From Cenarchaeum sp. (GTDB taxonomy: Archaea > Thermoproteota > Nitrososphaeria > Nitrososphaerales > Nitrosopumilaceae), in the NCBI GenBank assembly GCA_963692915.1, contig OY843584.1, forward strand, positions 736,001 through 800,000: DNA of 64,000 nt, given 5' to 3'. Both the position numbers and the translations under genes were made by a program. The notes under the pieces are model-generated. The model saw nothing but the letters and a program-made list of their open reading frames with translations. It was not told the DNA's origin and did not search any database. Of the stretch, positions 1-10,468 are shown one piece after another. Every line of letters starts with the position of its first letter. Position 1 is the stretch's first letter.

Positions 1-1391
1 TGGCCGGCAAGGGCCGCAGTCACGGCGAGCATCTCGCGCATTCCTGGACCGCCACGCGGACCCTCATACCTGATGACCACAACGTCACCGGCGACAATCT
101 CGTTTCTCGAGACGGCCTCAAAGGCGTCCTCCTCGCGATCAAACGTGCGTGCGCGGCCGGTAAACTCGGAGATCTTTACGCCAGACGTCTTTACGACTGC
201 CCCTTCGGGCGCAAGCGAGCCGCGCAGGATCACAGCAGTGCCGCTGGGGTGTATCGGGGAATCCGGTGCGCTCACGACATCCTGAACCGTGTCAATTGCG
301 ACTGACTCGAGGTTCTCGCGCATCGTCTTGCCCGTGACGGTAAGGCAGTCACCGTTTATGAGCCCGCGCGACATGAGCATCTTTAGCACGTACGGGATGC
401 CGCCAACCTTGTCGAGATCAAGCATGACGTGGTTGCCGCCGGGCTTCATGTCCGCAATGTGCGGCGTCTTTTTGCGTATGCGCTCAAAGTCGTCATACGA
501 CACGCCCATGTCAAGCTCGGCAGAGAGCGCAAGGATGTGGAGTATGGCGTTCGTCGAGCCGCCGACGGCGTTGAGCATGGCGATCGCGTTCTCAAAGGCC
601 TCAAACGTCATGATGTCACTTGGGCGCGTGCCTGACTCGAGGAGGCGCACGCACGCCGAGCCGGCCCTGACGCACACGGCCTCGCGCGCCTCGCCCTCGG
701 CCGGAGGCGACGCGCTGCCCGGAAGGGCGATTCCGAGCGCCTCGGATATCGAGGCCATCGTGTTGGCAGTAAACATGCCGCCGCACGAGCCGGCGCTCGG
801 GCATGCGTGATCCTCTATCTCCTTGAGCGACTCGGCCGAGAGCGTGCCGGCGTTGTACGCCCCGACTGCCTCGTACACGTCCTGTATCGTCAGGTTGCGC
901 TCGTCTAGTATGCCCGGCATTATCGTGCCCCCATAGACAAAGACTGACGGTATGTCAAGGCGGGCCATCGCCATCATTGTGCCCGGAAGGCTCTTGTCGC
1001 ATCCGGCGATTCCGACTAGCGCGTCATACTGGTGTGCGCGAACCATCAGCTCTATCGAGTCGGCAATGACCTCGCGGCTCACAAGCGAGGACTTCATGCC
1101 CTCATGGCCCATCGCAATCCCGTCACTCACTGCGATAGTCGAGAACTCTCGCGGTGTTGCGCCGGCCTCCGAGACGCCGCGCTTTGCGCTCTCGGCGAGT
1201 CGGCCAAGGTGGATGTTGCATGGTGTCGCCTCGTTTCCGGTATGTGACACGCCGACAAAGTGTTTTGAGATGTCTGCGTCATCGAGGCCCATGGCCTTGT
1301 ACATTGCCCTGTGCGGCGCGCGCGCGGCACCCTCCACGACATTGCGGCTCGATATTCCATGCGTTCTCGCAGCCGCCGAGGCGTCAGGCAT
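1..1391 (-). CDS. ilvD: Dihydroxy-acid dehydratase (runs off window start)
   Basis: Manual translation from ATG 1391: MPDASAAARTHGISSRNVVEGAARAPHRAMYKAMGL...PCNIHL...GCDKSLPG...CGGMFTANTM. Confidence 0.93.
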   Translation of the reverse strand, partial: MPDASAAARTHGISSRNVVEGAARAPHRAMYKAMGLDDADISKHFVGVSHTGNEATPCNIHLGRLAESAKRGVSEAGATPREFSTIAVSDGIAMGHEGMKSSLVSREVIADSIELMVRAHQYDALVGIAGCDKSLPGTMMAMARLDIPSVFVYGGTIMPGILDERNLTIQDVYEAVGAYNAGTLSAESLKEIEDHACPSAGSCGGMFTANTMASISEALGIALPGSASPPAEGEAREAVCVRAGSACVRLLESGTRPSDIMTFEAFENAIAMLNAVGGSTNAILHILALSAELDMGVSYDDFERIRKKTPHIADMKPGGNHVMLDLDKVGGIPYVLKMLMSRGLINGDCLTVTGKTMRENLESVAIDTVQDVVSAPDSPIHPSGTAVILRGSLAPEGAVVKTSGVKISEFTGRARTFDREEDAFEAVSRNEIVAGDVVVIRYEGPRGGPGMREMLAVTAALAG

Positions 1392-1392
1392 G

Positions 1393-1992
1393 TCAGCTCA
1401 GTATCGGCTGGTCATCAAGCCTGGCGAGCTGCTCGGCGAGCCTTTCGTCATCCTCATCACCATAGGATATTAGCACCTTGTCGCCGTCCTCTACGACATA
1501 GTCAGTTATGCCGGGAACAGACTCGCCGTTGATGTAGAACTTTAGCGCAAAGTCCTCATCTGTGCAGAACGTGCGCGACCGGTCAGGGAAGACATAGCAC
1601 TCATCGGTGAGCTCCACGTCAAGGGTCTCAAAGAGGTAGCCCAGCGTCACATTGGCCGCATGGCGATGTATCGTCGTGCCGTCCTGGTTCTCAAAGTGTA
1701 TCCAGTTGTCCTGAACCTGGTACGACTGGCCAGAATACTCAAACCTGTCCCCATGTATGAGCGTGAGTACCGAGGCGTGCTCGTGCTCGCCACCCAGAGG
1801 ACCGGCACCAGGAGGCGAGCCAGGAAGGTTGCCGCCGCTGTCGATAAACGTGATCGCAGCATACGCGACGATCGCGCCGACTGTGGCCAGGACGCCTGCG
1901 GCGATTAGCTGGTTCTTTCTCTTTGCCTTTGTGCGCTTTGCCGCAAAGGTCTCGCGCTTCTCCACGCGCTCGCGGCGTGCTTTTTTGCCCAT
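1393..1992 (-). CDS. Conserved thaumarchaeal membrane-anchored protein
   Basis: Basic N-terminus, one TM helix, HEHA/IHRH His motifs, small Cys pair. Confidence 0.7.
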   Translation of the reverse strand: MGKKARRERVEKRETFAAKRTKAKRKNQLIAAGVLATVGAIVAYAAITFIDSGGNLPGSPPGAGPLGGEHEHASVLTLIHGDRFEYSGQSYQVQDNWIHFENQDGTTIHRHAANVTLGYLFETLDVELTDECYVFPDRSRTFCTDEDFALKFYINGESVPGITDYVVEDGDKVLISYGDEDDERLAEQLARLDDQPILS

Positions 1993-2346
1993 TCTGCGGC
2001 CACGGGCCAGATCGCCCTAATTAAGCTAAACGCGCGCCCTGCAGCTTGCCATGTGCGCAGAACAGGCCCAAAACGGCCATATCATGGTTTAGACCCCTCG
2101 GCCGGGTTGTCTTGTACGAAAAGTAGTGGACTAGGCAAGAATGATTGCCTGGCGCAGATCCGGGAAGCCCCCTGAGAGCCTACTGGTCCGACAGGCTGCC
2201 GAAATACGCGTTTGAGGTGAAGGGCTCTGGAGCCGGTGAGCCATGTCGCCCATGAAGACGGGCACGAGAAGCTCGAGGGGCGGAGGATGACAGTGAATAG
2301 GTCTGCTTTTGTGCTGAACAGGCCAGCATATGCGTGAGCGTGCGGT

Positions 2347-3297
2347 ATGTCGACGTGTATGGGCACGGCAACGCCGGCCATAGTCGTGATCCGCACCGTC
2401 GCGCTGGGCTCCACCGAGGTCGACTTTGACGAGGCCGTCAGGTTTGGCGACTCGCCGACGGCCGCGCAGCACGCCGAGCACTGGACCGTCATGGAGGGCT
2501 CCAATGGAAGGGCAGTCGATGGAGCCGAAGTGGTCAGGGGCGGGCTGACCGTGCGCCTCTCGCACGCGGAACTCTCGGGTGCGGCATCCATGCCCACCGT
2601 GGCGTACGCGCGGGACGCCGACGATGCGGCGCGCGTGCGGGACTGGGCGACGGCGCCCAACCTCCTGGCCGACGCGCCAGCAGAGGCCGCCGCCGACGGC
2701 CTGCCGCCGCGCGTGACAGACCTGGCAGTGACCGTATCGCGCCCCGGTGAGGCCGACGCGCCAGCGCGCACGTACGCGCGGGCAGGGGACACGGTCACAG
2801 TCACGGCGACGCTGAGCGAGGGCGCCGGCACGACCGACCCCACGATACTCATCGGCGAGAGGAGCTTTGGCATGACGTCGCCGGGCATAGCCAGGCTGTC
2901 CTGGACGCACGCATACGCGGTGCCGGCGACGGACGCCGCGCAGGGCGAGTTTGCGTTCCTCGTCAGCGCGGCAGACGTCGGCGGTAACCCCGTGCGCGCG
3001 GCACACCCCACGTCAGGCGGCGCGTTCATCGACACCGTGCTGCCAACGTTTACGGCGCGCACGCTCGGGGACGGAGCTGTTGGGGTCACCTTCGCCGAGC
3101 CGGTGAGCGGCACTGTGGAGGCCTCCGAGTGGACAGTCATGGGGGCAGCGGCGACCGGCGTGGCCGACTCCACGGACGGCCCGTTCGGCGACTCGCTTGA
3201 GCTCGAGTCGGCCACGGCGTTTGTCCTAGAGCACAAATCCCGGACCGACACGGGCGGCACGCCAGCAGTCGTGTACAGCCCGCGCGCCACATCCTAG
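2347..3297 (+). pseudogene. Fragment of a large surface/adhesin-like repeat protein (Ig-like repeats)
   Basis: T/A/D/V-rich; repeated motifs VxFxEPV...W-T-V...PxVxY and D-x-x-P-P/T; no signal peptide or anchor; upstream DNA has stops in all frames. Confidence 0.5.
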
Positions 3298-3415
3298 CGC
3301 GCCTGCCCAGGGTCGCGTGACCCGCCCATGATCCGCAGCCGCCATCCCCGCCGTGCGCAGTGCCGCGCCCACCCGATCGCCACTGATAATAGGCGGGTCG
3401 GCAGGCACTGCGCGC

Positions 3416-3817
3416 GTGGAGTGCATATTTTGCGACATTGTGGCCAAAAGGCGCCCCGCGCACATGGTATACGAGGACGAGCGCCACGTCGCGTTCCTTG
3501 ACAAGTACCCCATAGACGAGGGCCACACGCTAGTCGTGCCAAGGGAGCACCACGAGAGGATAACGGACATGCGGCCCGATGACGTCGCGGCCCTCTTTGC
3601 CACAGTTCCCGGCGTGGCGAGGACAATGATGGCGGCCACGGACGGCGTGGCGTTCAATATCGCGCAGAACAACGGCAGGGAGGCCATGCAGATAGTCCCG
3701 CACGTGCACGTGCACGTCATTCCCCGCAAGGCCGACAGGAAGGCAGGATGGACAAAGCGCCGCATACCCGAAGACGCCGAGCTTGCCGAGCTCGCAGCGC
3801 GCGCACGCAGTGCCTAG
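3416..3817 (+). CDS. HIT family hydrolase
   Basis: GTG start; CIFC...GHTLVVP...HVHVHVIPR histidine triad. Confidence 0.92.
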   Translation: MECIFCDIVAKRRPAHMVYEDERHVAFLDKYPIDEGHTLVVPREHHERITDMRPDDVAALFATVPGVARTMMAATDGVAFNIAQNNGREAMQIVPHVHVHVIPRKADRKAGWTKRRIPEDAELAELAARARSA

Positions 3818-5097
3818 CGCCCAGAGTGGCCAGGGTTGTAGCGCAGGATCGCCCCAACTCCCCCAAGGCTAGAGAGCATTGCGCCATGCTCGGCGTTCCC
3901 CGAGATCACCTCCACGCGCGATCCCACCTTTGATGCCACAAGTGACGCATAGTCCACGATATCCTGCGAGTGGACCTCCATGTCAGATGACGAGCATGAC
4001 GCGCAGCCTGCCGAGAGGAGCGCAGACTTGCGCGGAATGACTTCGGCCATGCGCACGTGCTCCTCGGCCTCTGCGCCGCACTTGCGGCACTTGGAGGCAA
4101 TGCGGTGCATGTCAATCGTGTCAGTCACAAGGAGCGTCTCGACAATATTGTCGCGCAAGAGCCCGAGAACCTCGTCGAGGCCATAGGCGCCCTTGCCAGA
4201 GTGCGAGTTTATCTCCCTAAACAGCGCAGCGACTGCGGTCTTTTCCTCAACCATCCTAAAGTCGGCGAGCACGTCACTGGACCTCGCAAAGGCCTCTCGC
4301 ACGCCCTCGGCGCCCGCATACGACGTGTCAAGCGTGGAGAGAACCATGTCCTGGAGACGGTACTCGAGATACCCCCCGTTGACAAACTCCTCCTTTGTCG
4401 GGCCTGGACCGGACACGACCAGGCCCCTAATCTTGTAAATGTCGATAAAGTACTCGCGCGTCGTCTCGGCAACTCTGTTGAAATAGTGCGTGAGCTCCTG
4501 CTCGCGCAGCTTTTGGAACCTCTTGGCGGACTGGCCCCCCTGCCTGTGCTTGCCGGCCACGCCGGAGCCCGTCTCGGAGAGGACATCAAGGCGGTCACCA
4601 TGAAGGAGACCCCAGCCGGCGTCCTTTGCGTCTATTGCGAGAAACCCTATGAGGTTTTCGTCCTTTAGCATGTCCTTTAGCAGGTCCACGTGAAAGTGGT
4701 CATCGCACCTGTACAGGTATGTCTTTAGGTCCTTTGGGGGGTCAATCTCGTATGCCTGCACGGTCTCGCTGCCGAGCGGGCCGCCCCCCTCCGGCGGAAG
4801 CGCGCCGCAAAAGATCACAAGGCCGCGTTCGGGTGTCCTCTTGTACAGGCGAAGTCGCTGTATGACCTTGCCGAGTGAGTCGACAACGTGCGTTCGCGTT
4901 ACATCGGACTTTATGTTTGACGCCGTGCCCTGCTCCTCGCGCAGGCCATTGATCACCTCGTGGAGCTGCTTGCCCTTTGGTATGTAGACCGTTATGAGTT
5001 CCGTGCCATGGCCTGACTTGCGGGACAGCTCGTCTAGTGTCTTGCGTATCTTGTACATCTTTACAGAGTCGTGCTTTTCGATGGCGATCTTTGCCAT
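3814..5097 (-). CDS. prf1: Peptide chain release factor aRF1
   Basis: NIKS, YRCD and GGQS motifs; C-terminal GGVGAILRY. Confidence 0.97.
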   Translation of the reverse strand: MAKIAIEKHDSVKMYKIRKTLDELSRKSGHGTELITVYIPKGKQLHEVINGLREEQGTASNIKSDVTRTHVVDSLGKVIQRLRLYKRTPERGLVIFCGALPPEGGGPLGSETVQAYEIDPPKDLKTYLYRCDDHFHVDLLKDMLKDENLIGFLAIDAKDAGWGLLHGDRLDVLSETGSGVAGKHRQGGQSAKRFQKLREQELTHYFNRVAETTREYFIDIYKIRGLVVSGPGPTKEEFVNGGYLEYRLQDMVLSTLDTSYAGAEGVREAFARSSDVLADFRMVEEKTAVAALFREINSHSGKGAYGLDEVLGLLRDNIVETLLVTDTIDMHRIASKCRKCGAEAEEHVRMAEVIPRKSALLSAGCASCSSSDMEVHSQDIVDYASLVASKVGSRVEVISGNAEHGAMLSSLGGVGAILRYNPGHSGR

Positions 5098-5157
5098 GTC
5101 ATGCACCACCATGCCCGCCAACGCGTGCCATATGGCAGGGCATAGCCCTGCCCACGG

Positions 5158-5784
5158 TCATAGCTCGTCAAAGACGCGCAAAAACACGTCAAGTGGCTGG
5201 TTGCCACGTATCTTGAACACCTTGTCCCCGTTTGATATCAGGAACGTTGGGGTCGCGTTAATTCCCTTTGACTGGCCGTGCTCATAGACCTCCAACACGC
5301 GCGAATCATGGCGCGACGAGTCAACACACTCGCCAAATGCCCCGGCGTCAAGTCCCGTGTCATCAGCAAAGCGCTTGAGTGACGACGGCGTTATCCAGCC
5401 GGTTCGCTCTCCACCCCAGTTCTCGTATAGCGCGTCATGGTACTCCCAGTACATCCCCTGCTCTCCGGCACAATGCGACGCCGAGGCGGCCATGAGCGAG
5501 TCCGGGCCATTGAGTGGAAAGTCCATAAAGACGAGCTTTGCCCTGCCCGTCTCGACATAGTCGCGCTTTATGATCTCAAGGGACGACCCGTGGAACATCT
5601 GGCAGTTCGTGCACTGATAGTCACCCCACTCCTCTATCGTGATCGGCGCGTCAGGATCGCCGAGCTCCATGATCGCATAGGCTGGCGTAGGCGCAGGCGT
5701 GCCTGTCCCCCCCATCGCCACGGCCGAGTATGCCACGGCCACCACCGCTGCGGCGGCCACGGCGAGCACAAGTGTGCGCCTCAT
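5158..5784 (-). CDS. DsbA/thioredoxin-like oxidoreductase with N-terminal anchor
   Basis: LGDPDAPITIEEWGDYQCTNC (CxxC), GINATPTF. Confidence 0.9.
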   Translation of the reverse strand: MRRTLVLAVAAAAVVAVAYSAVAMGGTGTPAPTPAYAIMELGDPDAPITIEEWGDYQCTNCQMFHGSSLEIIKRDYVETGRAKLVFMDFPLNGPDSLMAASASHCAGEQGMYWEYHDALYENWGGERTGWITPSSLKRFADDTGLDAGAFGECVDSSRHDSRVLEVYEHGQSKGINATPTFLISNGDKVFKIRGNQPLDVFLRVFDEL

Positions 5785-5884
5785 GGTGCGCCATGACCGA
5801 TCTAGGCGTTATAATGTATTGCCCCGCCATGAGTGCCCGGAGGGGCGCAAAATACTTAAATCAACGGCAGGGAGCGTGCGTGTA

Positions 5885-6094
5885 TTGACGCAGGCACAGA
5901 TCGCAGTACCGGCACGGATAGCCCGATCGGCGCTAATCGCGCTGGCCGCAGTCTTTGTCATAGGCGTGTTTGCCATGGGATTTGACCAGGGTCACATCCT
6001 CAGCGTCGTCGAGGGCTCACAAGCCTTTGACACAATGTACCTCCACGAGCTCTCCCACGACGTGAGGCACGCCGCAGGGTTCCCGTGCCACTAG
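5885..6094 (+). CDS. cbtB: Cobalt transporter subunit CbtB
   Basis: TM helix plus C-terminal HELSHDVRHAAGFPCH signature; TTG start inferred. Confidence 0.88.
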   Translation: MTQAQIAVPARIARSALIALAAVFVIGVFAMGFDQGHILSVVEGSQAFDTMYLHELSHDVRHAAGFPCH

Positions 6095-6100
6095 CACATC

Positions 6101-6829
6101 ATGCGCTCTGCGAGGTTTATCGCCATAGTGCTCGCATCCGGAGCCATAGCAGGCCTGGTATTTGGCTCGACTAGCTCAATCCTTGCCGGCCCCTACCTCG
6201 AGGGCGCAGTCATGCTCGAGGCGCAGGGAATCGCGCGCGCCGGCGTGCCCAACGAGAACGCGTTCTGGGCAGGATATGCCGAGTACAGGGGCTGGCAGGG
6301 CGGCGGCGCGCTGCTTGCGTCAGTTGTTCTTGGGTGCGCATTTGCGGCCATGTATGGCCTTGTCTACCTGCTCTATGGAAGGCACGTGCCGGGCGCGACG
6401 AATCGTACAAAAGAGTTTGCGCTAGCCGGCGCAATGTGGTTGGCGCTCTATATTGTCCCCCTTGCAAAGTATCCTCCTGGCCTTCCTGGCGACGGGGATC
6501 CCGCAACGCTTGACATGCGAATTGGGCTCCATGTGACCATCGTGCTGATCTCGGGCATCTCGGCCATATGCCTTCATCGAGCCTCGATTGGCGCAAACGG
6601 CATAAAAAAGACCCCGTTTGCTGCCGCATGGGTCGCAATTGTGGTCACAGCCGTTATGCTAATGCCGTCTAGTCCAGACACGGCAACGTCGCCCCAGTCG
6701 TCGATTGACGCGTTTAGGGCAACATCTGCGATTGCCGTGACCGCATACTGGGTGGCGCTTCCGGCCATCTTTGGCGCATTCTGGCGCCGATATGGCCATG
6801 ACGTCCATATGCAAACACCACGCGGGTAG
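6101..6829 (+). CDS. cbtA: Cobalt transporter subunit CbtA
   Basis: Multi-TM protein, VPLAKYPPGLPG motif, directly follows cbtB. Confidence 0.85.
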   Translation: MRSARFIAIVLASGAIAGLVFGSTSSILAGPYLEGAVMLEAQGIARAGVPNENAFWAGYAEYRGWQGGGALLASVVLGCAFAAMYGLVYLLYGRHVPGATNRTKEFALAGAMWLALYIVPLAKYPPGLPGDGDPATLDMRIGLHVTIVLISGISAICLHRASIGANGIKKTPFAAAWVAIVVTAVMLMPSSPDTATSPQSSIDAFRATSAIAVTAYWVALPAIFGAFWRRYGHDVHMQTPRG

Positions 6830-6887
6830 AGTGCGCGTGCAAGGTTGTGGATTCTGGTTATAGTTTAAATAATTCTACACTGTCCAC

Positions 6888-7232
6888 ATGAACACAATGG
6901 CAAAGCGCCGCCCAAGCCTGCTGCAGCTCAAAAAGTATGACGTGACGCAAAAGGTCATAGCCGCACTGACCAACGTCGAGTCTCGCGCGATACTCTTTGC
7001 GACCGTAAAGTCCGGAAGAACCGCCCCAGAGCTCTCCGCACGCCTGCGCATACCCCTCAGCACCGTATACAAGAAGATATCAGAGCTCGAGGAGATTGCG
7101 CTCATCGATAGGCAGATCACCTTTAACGAGGCTGGCGGGAGGGTAAAGGTGTGCAAGTCGCGCATAAACGCAGCCGAGATCCGTGTGAGGGGGACAGAGC
7201 CGCGGGTCGTCCTCTCGCAGAACGTGCGCTGA
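6888..7232 (+). CDS. ArsR-like winged-helix transcriptional regulator
   Basis: ELSARLRIPLSTVYKKISELEE HTH. Confidence 0.8.
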   Translation: MNTMAKRRPSLLQLKKYDVTQKVIAALTNVESRAILFATVKSGRTAPELSARLRIPLSTVYKKISELEEIALIDRQITFNEAGGRVKVCKSRINAAEIRVRGTEPRVVLSQNVR

Positions 7233-7279
7233 GGCGCCGGCTAGACACGGTTGCGCCATAGGGTTATTTAGCCACGCAA

Positions 7280-8422
7280 GTGGCTCGCGTCATGGATCGC
7301 CACGGATTTGACGGCGTGGACATACCCCACATGGACATTGGCCCGGAGACCGGAATAGCGGAGCTCGTCGAGGCCTTTGCGCAGAGCGGCTACAACGCAA
7401 GGCAGCTTGGTCGTGCTGCCCACATATGGGGCGAGATGATCCGCGAGGGCGCAACAATATGCCTCACGATGTCTGGCGCAATGTCACCCGTTGGCCATGG
7501 CGGGATCATAAAGTCACTAATCGAGCGCGGGTTTGTGGACTGGATAGTGACCACCGGCGCAAACGTGTACCATGAGGAGCACTTTGCATGGAATCTGCCT
7601 GTGCGCCAGGGTCACGCCGACGTGGACGACATGGTTCTCTATGACAAGGAGATTGTGCGCATACGTGACGTTTTCATAAAGTTCTACGAGACGCTAGAGT
7701 CCCAGGATCAGATAATCCAAAAGATGTTTCACGACAAGTTTACTGACGCGCCGTTCACCACTGCAGAGTTTTGCAATGAGATCGGAAGGGTGAGCTCAGA
7801 GTTTGCTCCGCATCCGGACAAGAGCTTTGTGGTGGCCGCGCACAAGCACGGCGTGCCGCTATACGTGTCCACGCTAAAGGACTCGTCGCTTGCGCTCAAC
7901 CTTGCGGTTCACAGGCTGCGAGGAAAGGAGTACAATCTCGACATTGTGCGCGAGATAATAGAGCAGGCCGCAATTGTGTATGATGCGGACAAGTCCGGCA
8001 TTGTGGAGCTCGGAGGCGGAGTCCCAAAGAACACCGCACAGCAGACCGGCCCTCTCCTAGACCAGATTCTCCGGCGCGGGGACGGCGGGCAGGACTATAT
8101 CATACAGGTGACTGACGCGAGGCCTGACACAGGAGGGCTCTCTGGCGCCACACTGCAGGAGGGCAAGAGCTGGGGAAAGGTCCATGACGCAAACCGCGGA
8201 ATGGCAACCGTGTATGCTGACTCGACGATAGCGTTTCCCATACTTGCGCTCTATGTCATGGCAACGCAAAAGGCGCGAAAGCCGCGCCGCATCTATGACA
8301 GGCTAGGCGAGCTGTACGCGAAGCTAAGCGACGACTATTTTTCTGGAGATGACAGGTATTACGACATCCTAGATGACTCGTACCGCCCCAAGCGCAACAT
8401 GCCGCACGGCAGCCGATCCTAG
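7280..8422 (+). CDS. Deoxyhypusine synthase family protein
   Basis: TTGAN, GGGVPKN, GGLSGAT..EGKSWGK, ADSTIAFP motifs. Confidence 0.9.
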   Translation: MARVMDRHGFDGVDIPHMDIGPETGIAELVEAFAQSGYNARQLGRAAHIWGEMIREGATICLTMSGAMSPVGHGGIIKSLIERGFVDWIVTTGANVYHEEHFAWNLPVRQGHADVDDMVLYDKEIVRIRDVFIKFYETLESQDQIIQKMFHDKFTDAPFTTAEFCNEIGRVSSEFAPHPDKSFVVAAHKHGVPLYVSTLKDSSLALNLAVHRLRGKEYNLDIVREIIEQAAIVYDADKSGIVELGGGVPKNTAQQTGPLLDQILRRGDGGQDYIIQVTDARPDTGGLSGATLQEGKSWGKVHDANRGMATVYADSTIAFPILALYVMATQKARKPRRIYDRLGELYAKLSDDYFSGDDRYYDILDDSYRPKRNMPHGSRS

Positions 8423-8631
8423 AACTTGTCGTACCTTGCGCGCTCTAGGGCGCGGTCGTCCTTTGTCTCCTTTTTCCACTCCTTGTAGTGGGTCTTGCAC
8501 AGGACGGCCTTTTTGCCGGACGCAGACAGGCTCAGGCCTGCCTCCTCGACCCTCTTTGTGTTGATGGATCGCGATCCCTCGTCGTCGCACCCGTCGACAT
8601 TGCAGCGCGCCCCCTTTGACACAACTCCCAT
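8419..8631 (-). CDS. Small conserved Cys/His protein
   Basis: MGVVSKGARCNVDGC...LCKTHYKEWKKETK. Confidence 0.7.
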   Translation of the reverse strand: MGVVSKGARCNVDGCDDEGSRSINTKRVEEAGLSLSASGKKAVLCKTHYKEWKKETKDDRALERARYDKF

Positions 8632-8717
8632 GGGAGGCGCCGCATGGGTAGCCATATTTATAGATGGAATCACCGCTGAATTACCGTTTATAAGGGGAGA
8701 TCCTGCGCAGGGCACGC

Positions 8718-9089
8718 ATGGGCGGAGCCAAGAAAAAGTCATCGGCACAGCAAGAGAAGGCGCAGACTGGCGACTCGGCAAAGGTGTCAGGCAAGAAGGG
8801 CAAAAAGTCCGGCAAGGACAAGGAGGCCACGTCATCCAGGGCAGAGATATCTGTCATACTGCCCGAGGCGCAGGCAGACAAGATAGTCAGGGGCGCCAAG
8901 GCCATAACGGTTCTCGAGCTTGCCAGGCAGGCAGGCGTAAAGGCGTCGGCGGCAAACGCATACCTAGTCAACGCCACCAGGGCAGGCAAGCTCAGAATAG
9001 CCGGCGGGAACAGTGGCCACCGCGTCTATGCGGCGGTGAGCAGTGTGAGCACGTCTCCGGCGGCAAGCGAGCCCAGCTCGTCGGCATAG
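8718..9089 (+). CDS. rps25e: 30S ribosomal protein eS25
   Basis: MGGAKKKS K-rich N-terminus plus winged-helix AITVLELARQAGVKASAA. Confidence 0.75.
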   Translation: MGGAKKKSSAQQEKAQTGDSAKVSGKKGKKSGKDKEATSSRAEISVILPEAQADKIVRGAKAITVLELARQAGVKASAANAYLVNATRAGKLRIAGGNSGHRVYAAVSSVSTSPAASEPSSSA

Positions 9090-9415
9090 TCAACCATTCT
9101 GCCCAGCGGCGACATCTCCTGTGCTGGCGCGACGTCTGATGCAACAAAGCAGACGCTTCCGGCCTGCGGATAGAACGCAATGTCCCCACGTCTAAACGTC
9201 CCCCTTGGACGCTCGACGCCGGACTGGAGACCCGTCTCAAGGTAGACGATCGAGGTGCCCAGACGGTGCATGTTGCCCGATATGGGCAGTGAGCGCGCGA
9301 TTAGGCCAACTGTGGCCGGCGAGAGGTGCCTCTTTAGCTCGCAGCGTATACGCACCCCGGAGGAAGACTCGAGGATTAGACGCACAGCAGACGGCGCGGC
9401 GCTCAGCGCAGGCAC
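9026..9415 (-). CDS. Cyclophilin-like fold protein
   Basis: GDIAFYPQAGSVCF motif. Confidence 0.7.
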   Translation of the reverse strand: MPALSAAPSAVRLILESSSGVRIRCELKRHLSPATVGLIARSLPISGNMHRLGTSIVYLETGLQSGVERPRGTFRRGDIAFYPQAGSVCFVASDVAPAQEMSPLGRMVDYADELGSLAAGDVLTLLTAA

Positions 9416-9518
9416 GCCTCACAAGGGGCGAGATTTTGGGCGTGGGCGCCCATACGGAGTGCCACACGGGCAAGTAATTAGAATGGGATATATAACCGTT
9501 TTTTGACGCTGCGTGTGA

Positions 9519-9998
9519 TTGTCCAGTCAGACTGCTCCGGAGCTTGACCCTAGTGTGGGTACAGAGTCCGAGGAGGACGAGCTCGAACACGTCGAGGACG
9601 CAGGTCTTGCAAAGGCCATAGAGGCATATCGCAAGGCAGCCGGCGAGAATCTCAGTGACGAGCAACGCGCCGAGGTCGAAAAGCGCGTCAGCGAGATGAT
9701 GAGCCGCGAGATTATCGAGGTTGACGAGGCTCACGTTCCCGTCGAGATACCAGTTGAAAAGTCCAAGGTGAGCGTAGGTCCGCCCACGCTGACTAGGTTT
9801 GAAAAGGCTCGCATCATCGGCGCGCGTGCGCTGCAGCTCTCGCTTGGCGCACCACCGTTCATAGACATACCCAGCACAGCCCACACGTCACTCGACATAG
9901 CGATGAAGGAGCTTGAGGGTCGAGTTCTTCCAATAGTCATAAAGCGTGTGCTGCCAAACGGCGACTATCAGAACATACCGCTAGATCACTTTGCCTAG
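9519..9998 (+). CDS. rpoK: DNA-directed RNA polymerase subunit Rpo6 (K) with acidic N-terminal extension
   Basis: LTRFEKARIIGARALQLSLGAP...IAMKEL...LPIVIKRVLPNG. Confidence 0.96.
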   Translation: MSSQTAPELDPSVGTESEEDELEHVEDAGLAKAIEAYRKAAGENLSDEQRAEVEKRVSEMMSREIIEVDEAHVPVEIPVEKSKVSVGPPTLTRFEKARIIGARALQLSLGAPPFIDIPSTAHTSLDIAMKELEGRVLPIVIKRVLPNGDYQNIPLDHFA

Positions 9999-10411
9999 GG
10001 CTGCGCGTCGCCGGCCTTTAGCAGCATACTCTCGCACTCTTTGCATATCTTTTCATCAATGTTGGACTCTAGCTTGTGGTGTATCTCGCATATGAGAAGG
10101 CTAGAGCGCACATAGTTGCACATTCCGATAAACATCGAGAGGCTCGATGGCGTGTATGCCATGTCAGAGGCGAGCTTGTTGCTCAGCTCTGTGAGCATTT
10201 CAGACACGCGATCCTCGGCGAGGAGCTTGTCTATTAGCCGCTTGTCCCCACGCACGCCACGGATATAGTTACTCACGGCAGCCTGTGTAACGCCGAGCAT
10301 TTTTGAGATCTCGTCCTCTCGGATCTTGTGATCCCTTGACAGCTTTTGCGCTAGAATCGCACGAAGGGCAGGTATGAGCGTCTTTGACTCGATCTCTGCA
10401 GGGAGGAGCAC
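9995..10411 (-). CDS. HTH transcriptional regulator (archaeal)
   Basis: LLPAEIESKTLIPALR...ISKMLGVTQAAVSNY...ICEIHH...CKEC. Confidence 0.82.
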   Translation of the reverse strand: MLLPAEIESKTLIPALRAILAQKLSRDHKIREDEISKMLGVTQAAVSNYIRGVRGDKRLIDKLLAEDRVSEMLTELSNKLASDMAYTPSSLSMFIGMCNYVRSSLLICEIHHKLESNIDEKICKECESMLLKAGDAQP

Positions 10412-10468
10412 GTCACGCGTGCCACGCATGAAAGCATTTAAAGTTATCAGCGTGTCTAGCACCGTGCT

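Noticed and set aside
1340-1391. Apparent ilvD frameshift at ATG 1360 (ATG GAA TAT vs expected ME-ISSRN)
   Set aside because: An in-frame ATG at 1391 next to the upstream stop gives an intact protein.
5790-5885. Cobalamin riboswitch upstream of cbtBA
   Set aside because: Gap is short, holds divergent TATA boxes, and shows no B12-box.
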